Below, in pieces: positions 57,347 to 64,000 of a stretch of DNA of 64,000 nucleotides. Made by a program: the position numbers and the translations under genes. Within the stretch, counting starts at the first letter, position 1, and each line of letters opens with the position of its first letter. The notes below the pieces were generated by a model. It saw only the letters and a list, made by a program, of their open reading frames with translations, was not told where the DNA came from and did no database searches. This DNA is from Candidatus Desulfarcum epimagneticum (GTDB lineage Bacteria > Desulfobacterota > Desulfobacteria > Desulfobacterales > CR-1). Location of the stretch: contig CAACVI010000051.1 in assembly GCA_900659855.1 (NCBI GenBank), positions 17,781 to 81,780 of the forward strand, read 5' to 3'.

Positions 57347-57395
57347 GGGCGACCGGCCGGTCGCCCCTACCAAGGGCCATTGATGATGATTTCAT
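57347..57395 (-). repeat. REP-B hairpin plus about 25 nt of RAYT HUH-side remnant
   Basis: The minus strand reads aatcatcatcaatggcccttgGTAGGGGCGACCGGCCGGTCGCCC. Compare the RAYT-2 coding strand atcatcatgatcaatggtcctgGTAGGGGCGACC. Confidence 0.7.
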
Positions 57396-57791
57396 TTCAC
57401 CGAACCGAGATTCCCGGTCGCGCGCGAATGGCGCTGAAATACGTTCTGTTTCTTTTTCCCTCGACCAGACGCCCCGGGCTGTGCTATGAATTCCCAAAAG
57501 GTTTCAGGCATTTTTTTAAATTGTTTTTGATGTCCGAAAGACTTCCGCAGTTACCAGCGCCGGGAGGCGGCGAAGTTTTTAAAAAAAGGCCGCCGACACG
57601 GCGCGAAAGGCAAAAAAGACGGAGGAGTGGAACAGGTATATGAAAGATTTGAGAAAGCGCCATTCCCGGAAAATTCGCCTGATGGAGGTCCTGGACGCTC
57701 TGGAGGGCAAAACGATTCTGGAAACAAAAATTTAGTTTACTGATGATTGATGATAAAAAAGATAAACCCGTAAAAAAAAGAGGAGAACAAA

Positions 57792-58076
57792 ATGGCAAAG
57801 GCGTCGGCCAGACACATTCTGGTGAAAACCCAAGATCAGTGCGAAGAGATTAAAAAAGACATCGAGGGCGGGTCCGATTTCGCTGAAATGGCCCGGCTTC
57901 ATTCCCAATGCCCTTCGGGGAAGCGGGGCGGCGGAGATTTGGGGGAATTTTCCCCGGGTCAGATGGTTCAGGAATTCGACACCGTGGTTTTTTCAGGCGA
58001 GCTGGGAAAAATTCACGGCCCGGTCCAGACCCAGTTCGGATACCACCTCATTGAGATCACAAACCGGACGGATTAA
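57792..58076 (+). CDS. ppiC: parvulin-type peptidyl-prolyl isomerase
   Basis: 94 aa. ASARHILVKT...CPSGKRGGGDLGEFSPGQMVQEFD...GYHLIE. Confidence 0.9.
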   Translation: MAKASARHILVKTQDQCEEIKKDIEGGSDFAEMARLHSQCPSGKRGGGDLGEFSPGQMVQEFDTVVFSGELGKIHGPVQTQFGYHLIEITNRTD

Positions 58077-58451
58077 ATGAAAAAAGGAGTCCGAAAAATA
58101 CCCGGACCGGCCATTATCGAGGCCGCGGGAACGCCGCCCAAGCGCATTGAGGAATACATCGGAAGGGTGAATTCCGGGGACCGGGAGGTGAGCGTGGCCC
58201 GGATGGTCAGCCCGGCGGGGTGGACCGAGCCGGCCCAGCGGCCTGAGTTCACGGAATACACCGTGGTCCTCAAGGGGGTTTTAAAGGCGGTTTTTTCAGA
58301 CAGGGAAGTGGAGATCAGGGCCGGCCAGGCCCTGGTTGTGGAAGCGGGGCGGCGGGTTCAGTACAGCTCCCCCCATAAGGGGGGGGCCGAGTATATCGCC
58401 GTTTGTCTGCCGGCTTTTTCCCCGGAGACCGTCGGCCGGGACCCTGGGTAG
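58077..58451 (+). CDS. cupin-domain protein
   Basis: 124 aa with a beta-rich pattern (EYTVVLKGVLKAVF...EVEIRAGQALVVEAG). The stop TAG is the TAG of a REP GTAG. Confidence 0.6.
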   Translation: MKKGVRKIPGPAIIEAAGTPPKRIEEYIGRVNSGDREVSVARMVSPAGWTEPAQRPEFTEYTVVLKGVLKAVFSDREVEIRAGQALVVEAGRRVQYSSPHKGGAEYIAVCLPAFSPETVGRDPG

Positions 58452-58472
58452 GGGCGACCGGCCGGTCGCCCC
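58448..58472 (+). repeat. REP-B hairpin between convergent genes
   Basis: GTAGGGGCGACCGGCCGGTCGCCCC. Confidence 0.9.
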
Positions 58473-58494
58473 TTGGCCGGGCGCCCTGGGTTTT

Positions 58495-59178
58495 TCATTC
58501 CGTCAGCCTGGCGTAAGGCGAGTCTTTCTGCTCCTCTTTGAGCCGTTTGAAAAACGCGGCGCTTTTCTGGGCGTCCCCGGCCGCGGCCCACATCCGGCCC
58601 GCGTTGAAAAGGGCCTCGTCCTCCATGGGATAGCCCGGGTCTTTTGTCAGGCGCTCAAAATGCGTCGCGGCGGCTTTGTAATCCTTTTTGGCCTCAAAGG
58701 CGTAGGCCAGGCCGTTGAGCGCCATGGCGCGAATGTCGGGCCGGTCGGCGAAATCCTTGATCGCGGTCTGGTAAAGGGCGATGGCCCCGTCGATTTCCCC
58801 GGCTTTGGCGCGCAGGTCCGCGTAGGCCAATTTGGCCAGCTTTCCGCCGCCTTTGCCCGGGTATTTTTCAATCACGGCCTCAAAATGTTCTTTGGCCGCC
58901 AGGTAGGCCTTCTGTTCGTCGTTTTCAGACAGCGCCTCCTGGTATTTCTGGGCCGCCTGATTGAGCATTTCAAATGAGGCCGTCTCGGATTTTTCGATCG
59001 TGCTCCGGATCAGCGCGACGGCCGCGAGGATGGCGAAGAATCCGACCACGGCTGAAAGGACCGGGACTTTGCGCCGGACGATGAAATCCAGGGCTTTTTT
59101 TGAAAAGTGGATGAATTCATCCGGCTCGTTGAGCAGCTCTTTCCTTGACACTTTTTTGTTGTTGTTCGGGTTTGCCAT
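58495..59178 (-). CDS. membrane-anchored TPR-like protein (YfgM-like architecture)
   Basis: Start at MANPNNNKK. One TM helix (VPVLSAVVGFFAILAAVALI) followed by TPR-like helical repeats. Confidence 0.6.
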   Translation of the reverse strand: MANPNNNKKVSRKELLNEPDEFIHFSKKALDFIVRRKVPVLSAVVGFFAILAAVALIRSTIEKSETASFEMLNQAAQKYQEALSENDEQKAYLAAKEHFEAVIEKYPGKGGGKLAKLAYADLRAKAGEIDGAIALYQTAIKDFADRPDIRAMALNGLAYAFEAKKDYKAAATHFERLTKDPGYPMEDEALFNAGRMWAAAGDAQKSAAFFKRLKEEQKDSPYARLTE

Positions 59179-59239
59179 GGGTTCTCCGGTTTTCTCCTGA
59201 TTGTTTTTTTCGTTTTTGACCGGGATGGGGCCTTTCGGC

Positions 59240-60265
59240 TCACAGGATTTTGCGTATGTCTTTCCACCGGTCTTCGGGAATATGGGCGCCCACCACCCGG
59301 CACGCCTCAAAGCCGCACCGGGAGCCCAGTTCCCCGCATTTTTCAATGGGAAGGCCGTTTAAAAGCCCGTAAAGGAATCCCGACGCCCATAAATCCCCGG
59401 CGCCGGTGGTGTCCAGGGCGCTTTCGCCGTCCCCGGCGGGCGCCACAGGGATGATTTTTCCGCGGGCGGAAATGAGGCTTCCCCGCTCGCCCACCTTCAG
59501 GGCCGCGACGCCGGCTTTTTCGCCCATCCATTCCAGGGCCGCCGTCTCGTCGTTTTCCCCGGAAAAGACGCGGGCCTCGTCCTCGTTGGCCATCACGATA
59601 TCCACATATTTTTCCGTCAGCCGGATGAGCGCGTCCCGGGACTCCTCCACCACGGTGAAGCTGGCCAGATCCAGAGACACCCGGGCCCCGGACGCCGAAG
59701 CCGCCTTCAGGGCCGCTTCCATCAGGTCCGGGTTGAACATCATGTAGCCCTCCAGATGGACGATGGCGGCGTTTTCAAAACGTTTTGGGGTCATCTCGTC
59801 CGGCCGGGTCTCCGCCGAGGCCCCCAGGAAGGTGAGCATGGAGCGCTGGGCGTCCGGGGTGATGATGGAAAGGACCCGTCCCGTGGAGGAGGAGGGCGAG
59901 CGGACCATGTCCGGGCGGGTCTGGTTTTTTTCAAGCCCTTTTTCAAAAAGACGCCCCATTTCGTCGTCGCCGCATTTGCCCAGGAACCGGACCCGGCCCC
60001 CGAGTTTTCCGATTCCGCACGCGGTGTTGCACGCCGAGCCCCCGGGGACGATCTCGGGCCGGGCCGGGGTCATGGCCAGGGCCTTTTCGATGGTTTGCTC
60101 ATCCACCAGTTTCATGCCGCCTTTCACGGCCCCGATTTTTTCAAGAAATGCGTCGTTTTCCCGGATCAGTATGTCGATGAGGGCCGAGCCCGCCGCCGCG
60201 GCCCATTTTTCGGTTGTTTCGCTCACGGTTTCAAATCTCCTTTCAAGGCGTTGATGGAAAGTCAC
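59240..60265 (-). CDS. PfkB-family carbohydrate/nucleoside kinase
   Basis: GGSACNTA and LDTTGAGDLWASGFLYG motifs. Confidence 0.85.
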   Translation of the reverse strand: MTFHQRLERRFETVSETTEKWAAAAGSALIDILIRENDAFLEKIGAVKGGMKLVDEQTIEKALAMTPARPEIVPGGSACNTACGIGKLGGRVRFLGKCGDDEMGRLFEKGLEKNQTRPDMVRSPSSSTGRVLSIITPDAQRSMLTFLGASAETRPDEMTPKRFENAAIVHLEGYMMFNPDLMEAALKAASASGARVSLDLASFTVVEESRDALIRLTEKYVDIVMANEDEARVFSGENDETAALEWMGEKAGVAALKVGERGSLISARGKIIPVAPAGDGESALDTTGAGDLWASGFLYGLLNGLPIEKCGELGSRCGFEACRVVGAHIPEDRWKDIRKIL

Positions 60266-60741
60266 CAGACAAAGGACTCACGGACCCAGCCTTTGTCCCC
60301 GTCACCGTGCTCCACCCGGATCCATTCCCCTTTTTTTTCAAGGACCTTGAACGGAACGCCTTTTTTTACCCTGAAAAGAGACTCGTGGCTCTCCCCGGGT
60401 CCGGATCGGATGTCGCAGATTTCCGCCTTGATGATGACCGAGGGCGCGGGGCCCGCCAGGGGTTTGTAAATCCAGCCCCGGTCGTTTTCAAAGTCTTTGA
60501 AATAATGCCAGTTTCCCGATTCCCCGATGGGAATAAAGGGATAGTGTTTTTCCGCCCGCCACAAAACGTCATACTCGGCCCCGGGGCCTGAGCGGATGTT
60601 GGCCACCGGCGCCTTCACGGAAAGCCGGGGGGCTTTTTTCGTTTGTTTGGCCTCGTTTTCGTGCCGGGCCGCCGCCGGGATGAGCCAAAAGGCGGCCCAT
60701 ATGAAAAATACGAGCGGTAAAAACGCGATGTTTTTTTTCAT
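60262..60741 (-). CDS. secreted protein with two bacterial SH3 domains
   Basis: Signal peptide MKKNIAFLPLVFFIWAAFWLIPAAA. Two NIRSGPG...W.....GW(I/V) SH3b repeats. Confidence 0.7.
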   Translation of the reverse strand: MKKNIAFLPLVFFIWAAFWLIPAAARHENEAKQTKKAPRLSVKAPVANIRSGPGAEYDVLWRAEKHYPFIPIGESGNWHYFKDFENDRGWIYKPLAGPAPSVIIKAEICDIRSGPGESHESLFRVKKGVPFKVLEKKGEWIRVEHGDGDKGWVRESFVW

Positions 60742-60747
60742 TTTTTC

Positions 60748-61455
60748 TTAAGCGCTCCCGCGCTGTTTCCCGGGCCCGGCCTCGGGCCTGGCCAGTATCT
60801 TAAAGGCCATTTTGGACCCGATGACAAACCGTCTGTTTTCCACGGCCGCCACCAGCTGGCCCTCTCCCCGGTTGGTGATGATCCGGACCGTCTCGCCCCG
60901 GCGGATCCCCATGCTCAGCATCCGCGCCTCAAACCTTCGGCCGCCCAGGAATTTTTCAATGGTCGCCGTCTCCCCGGCCCTGGCCCTGGCCAGAGGGATC
61001 AGGTCGGAGCGCTCTTTGAGGCATTGGGAGCAGATGCCGTAGATGTCCATTTTATGCTGAAGCATGTGAAAACCGTGGGCCGCGGCGATCTCCATCTGGA
61101 GGTCCTCAAGCGCCTTGCTGTGAAACTCAATGATCTTCCGGCATTTGGCGCAGACCATGTGGTCGTGGCGCCGGTCCAGGATCAGGGGCTCGTAGCGGGG
61201 CGACCCGTTCTGGAAGCGGTTGGCCTGGGCGAATCCGTAAAAGCGCATCAGCTCAAGGGTCTCGGTCACGAAATCCCTGGAGAACCCCAGGCCTTCTTTT
61301 TTAAAAATTTCGAAAAGCTCGTCTGAGGTCAGGTGGGTGTCGCTTTTTAAAAAAACGTCGAGAATCTTGAACCGGTCTTCAAAACGGTCGATCCGCTCTT
61401 TTTGAAACAGTTTTTTAAACTGTTCCTTTTCCTGGATGTGGGAGTTCATCCGCAT
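60748..61455 (-). CDS. Fur-family regulator fused to a C-terminal FeoA-like domain
   Basis: Winged helix plus HDHMVCAKC...ICSQC Fur metal sites. The C-terminal 75 aa (GETATIEKFLGG...RMLSMGIRRGETVRII...) match the FeoA/SH3-like pattern. Confidence 0.75.
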   Translation of the reverse strand: MRMNSHIQEKEQFKKLFQKERIDRFEDRFKILDVFLKSDTHLTSDELFEIFKKEGLGFSRDFVTETLELMRFYGFAQANRFQNGSPRYEPLILDRRHDHMVCAKCRKIIEFHSKALEDLQMEIAAAHGFHMLQHKMDIYGICSQCLKERSDLIPLARARAGETATIEKFLGGRRFEARMLSMGIRRGETVRIITNRGEGQLVAAVENRRFVIGSKMAFKILARPEAGPGKQRGSA

Positions 61456-61525
61456 GTCGTCTCAGGTTTTTTATTCTTTATTTTTTATTTAAAAAAGCCG
61501 GGGGGGAGCTTCCAGAGAGTCGTCT

Positions 61526-61774
61526 CTAACTGGGGCCGGGGATTTCATAGGTGGAGCACGATCCCGAGGAGCAGGTCCGGTTCTGAACCGAGGGGCCGCC
61601 GGTCTTGGGGGCCGATGATCCGGCGCTCATGCTGTAATTCGTCGCGCTCAGGACCCTTTCAAATTCAGGCGAGTCGCACTCGGGGCACGCGGGTTTGGCG
61701 GTGTCTTCTTCTTTGACGGTGAGCCATTCAAAAAAATGGCCGCATTTTAAACATTTGAATTCGTATATGGGCAT
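61526..61774 (-). CDS. FmdB-family zinc-ribbon protein
   Basis: MPIYEFKCLKCGHFFE...CPECDS (CxxC-CxxC). Confidence 0.8.
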   Translation of the reverse strand: MPIYEFKCLKCGHFFEWLTVKEEDTAKPACPECDSPEFERVLSATNYSMSAGSSAPKTGGPSVQNRTCSSGSCSTYEIPGPS

Positions 61775-61791
61775 GGGGGGCTCCTTTCTTT

Positions 61792-63492
61792 TTATGTGTT
61801 CCTAATGTTAAGCATTTCCCTGGCATGTTCAAGGGTCGCCTCTGTGATCTTTTCCCCCCCGAGCATTCGCGCCACCTCACGCAGGCGCTCCCCGGAATCC
61901 AGGGGCCTGATCCGGGCCAGTGTCCGGCCGTCTTCCACATGCTTGGATATCCGGAAATGGGCGTCTGCGAACCGGGCGATCTGGGGAAGATGGGTGATGC
62001 AGATCACCTGGTGGCGGGTGGACAGGGACAAAAGCTTTTTCCCCACCACCTCGGCCACCTCGCCGCCGATTCCCGCGTCCACTTCGTCGAACACCACGGT
62101 CTCCAGGGACTCGTTTTCAGACAGTATGGCCTTTAAGGCCAGCACCACCCGGGACAGCTCACCGCCCGAGGCGATGGCGGCCAGGGGTTTGCCGGGCTCG
62201 CCGGGATTGGGGGCGATGACGAAGGAGGCCCGGTCCATCCCGGTTTCGCCGATCATGAATTTTCCGACCATGAGATACGGGTTGTGGCCTTCGGGCGCGG
62301 GCGCGGGATCAAGGGACACGGAAAACCGGGTCCGGGGCATTTTAAGGGACGCCAGCTCGGCCTCCGCTTTTTTGGACAGAGTTTTGGCGGCTTTTTTCCT
62401 TTTTTCGGACAAATCCAGGCAAAGGGCCTTTCGTTTTTCGTGGGAGGACTGGATGGCCGCCTCGATTTCGGCCCGGGTCTCCGCCAGGCCCTCAATGCCC
62501 GCGCGCTCTTTCCGGACAGAGTCGAGATGGGCCGAAATCCCCTCCAGACTCCCCCCGTATTTGCGTTTGAGCCTGTTGAGCGTGTCCACGCGCGCCTCGA
62601 TCTCCTCCAGACGGTTTTCATCGATGGAGATATCCGCCAGGTATCCCCGCAACTCCTGGGCGATATCCTCCACCTGGAGAGAGGCGTCCTCCACAGCCCG
62701 GGCGTGGGGTTTGAGCGCCGGATCGATGTCCGCGGCTTTTTCCAGGCTCCGGGCCGCCGCCGCCATTTTTTCCACCACGGAGCCCTGGCGGCTGTAAAGC
62801 TCCTCTATGCTGTTGTAGGCGGTCTCGTACAAAGTGGCGTGGTTTTTGATCCGGAGCCGCTCCTCTTCCAGGTCCCGGTCTTCGTCCGGCTGTATCCGGG
62901 TTTTTAAAATTTCGTCCTCCTGGAATCTGAGCAGCTCGATCCGCTCGGCCCGGCGCTCTTCCCGGGACCGGATTTCATCCAGTTTTTCGATGAGGGGCAG
63001 GGCCTCTTTGTGGAGCCGGGTCAGCTCCTCGCGCATGGAGGAAAGACCCGCGAACTGATCCAGAAGGAAAAGATGGCTCTCCTCTTTTAAAAGACCCTGG
63101 TGGGAGCGCTGGGCCGATATGCCGGCCAGGCCCCCGGCGATGGATTTAAGCAGGCCGATGGTGGCCAGGCGTCCGTTGACATGAATCCGGCTTCGGCCGT
63201 TCCGGGCGATCACGCGCCTGGCCACAAGCTCATCTGAGGGCTCGTGACCCGCCGCCTCCAGCTTTTGGGAGACATCTTCGGGAATGTCGAACAGCGCCTC
63301 GATCTCGGCGGTCTCCCCGCCTGAGCGGATGAGGTCTGAATGGGCCCGGCCGCCCAGAAGCAGGGTCATGGCGTTGATGATCACGGATTTCCCGGCCCCG
63401 GTCTCCCCGCTTAAGATGGTGAGCCCTTCCTGGAATGTGATGCTCAGATCGTCAATGATGGCGAAATTTTTAATGGAAAGTTCCAGAAGCAT
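61792..63492 (-). CDS. recN: DNA repair protein RecN
   Basis: MLLELSIKNFAIID, Walker A GETGAGKS, long coiled coil and C-terminal SGGE signature (ASGGELSR). Confidence 0.95.
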   Translation of the reverse strand: MLLELSIKNFAIIDDLSITFQEGLTILSGETGAGKSVIINAMTLLLGGRAHSDLIRSGGETAEIEALFDIPEDVSQKLEAAGHEPSDELVARRVIARNGRSRIHVNGRLATIGLLKSIAGGLAGISAQRSHQGLLKEESHLFLLDQFAGLSSMREELTRLHKEALPLIEKLDEIRSREERRAERIELLRFQEDEILKTRIQPDEDRDLEEERLRIKNHATLYETAYNSIEELYSRQGSVVEKMAAAARSLEKAADIDPALKPHARAVEDASLQVEDIAQELRGYLADISIDENRLEEIEARVDTLNRLKRKYGGSLEGISAHLDSVRKERAGIEGLAETRAEIEAAIQSSHEKRKALCLDLSEKRKKAAKTLSKKAEAELASLKMPRTRFSVSLDPAPAPEGHNPYLMVGKFMIGETGMDRASFVIAPNPGEPGKPLAAIASGGELSRVVLALKAILSENESLETVVFDEVDAGIGGEVAEVVGKKLLSLSTRHQVICITHLPQIARFADAHFRISKHVEDGRTLARIRPLDSGERLREVARMLGGEKITEATLEHAREMLNIRNT

Positions 63493-63668
63493 AGAGTACC
63501 CTTTAAGGGTTTTTGTTTAAAAACGCAAGGATTTATTGGCCCGAAATCCGGCGCGGGCCGTTCAGCGGGGCGCCTTCGCCGGGGGCGGGCGCTCATATTT
63601 AAGTTGACAAGACGGGAAAAAAAGACATAAAAGACATAGTTTTATGACATTGAACAGGCCGGGGTGGA

Positions 63669-64000
63669 ATGGAGACGGATTTTGCGGACATTGATCAGAT
63701 CAAAAGAACCGCCGTCGGGGCGGCCTACAAAGGCGGGGCCTTTATCCGGGAGCGTTTCGGAAAAATCCGGAAGGTGTCCAAGAAAGGCGCCATTGATCTG
63801 GTGACCGAGGCGGATATCGGCGCCGAAGAGATCATCATCCGGACCGTGCGAAGCCGCTATCCCGACCACGGGATACTGGCCGAGGAAAGCGGGGCCCGAA
63901 ACGAAGGCGCCGAATGCCTGTGGACCATCGATCCCCTGGACGGCACCACGAATTTCACCCACGGGCTTGGCATTTTTTCCGTTTCCATCGCTTTTTCGGT
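63669..64000 (+). CDS. suhB: inositol monophosphatase family protein (5' part; continues beyond window)
   Basis: An ORF not in the track because it is open at the window end. METDFADIDQIKRTAV...LVTEADIGAEE...WTIDPLDGTTNF is the IMPase signature. Confidence 0.85.
   Translation, partial: METDFADIDQIKRTAVGAAYKGGAFIRERFGKIRKVSKKGAIDLVTEADIGAEEIIIRTVRSRYPDHGILAEESGARNEGAECLWTIDPLDGTTNFTHGLGIFSVSIAFS

Noticed and set aside
57640-57735. 31-aa ORF MKDLRKRHSRKIRLMEVLDALEGKTILETKI between hsdM and ppiC
   Set aside because: It is too short to evaluate, has poor RBS spacing (GGAGGA 14 nt upstream), and has no recognisable family. It is left uncalled.

Overview
High-GC bacterial chromosomal segment. Gene content (PPi-dependent PFK, sigma-54 two-component pair, radical SAM, NiSOD, lon-tsaB-psd-pssA-leuB-asd synteny) is reminiscent of Desulfobacterota-type anaerobes, but taxonomy cannot be verified here. 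I support about 55 CDS, mostly housekeeping (ispD, carAB, purF, ychF, pfp, manA, queC, icd, recD2, topA, pilD, lon, tsaB, psd, pssA, leuB, asd, greA, rpoZ, ttcA-like, folE2, recN, suhB-like), plus one tRNA-Leu(UAA). Accessory content: (1) A REP/BIME cluster at 13.3-16.1 kb surrounds a REP-associated tyrosine transposase (RAYT-1), and a ParE-type TA cassette sits inside a split REP hairpin. (2) A second RAYT paralog (RAYT-2) is translationally coupled inside a type I R-M operon (hsdM-hsdS-rayT-hsdR, 50.6-57.2 kb). Its own REP variant surrounds it, including one in-frame copy inside hsdM. (3) An AT-rich type II R-M island (27.2-29.2 kb) lies next to tRNA-Leu and is bracketed by copies of a modular palindromic intergenic repeat family with six copies in the window. 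(4) A PIN-type TA pair. The most unusual observation is that each RAYT ORF carries, at the same protein position and codon phase, an in-frame copy of the REP hairpin variant that populates its own neighbourhood. All RAYT gene remnants in the window break at that internal REP. Many long antisense ORFs in the track are high-GC artefacts and were not called.
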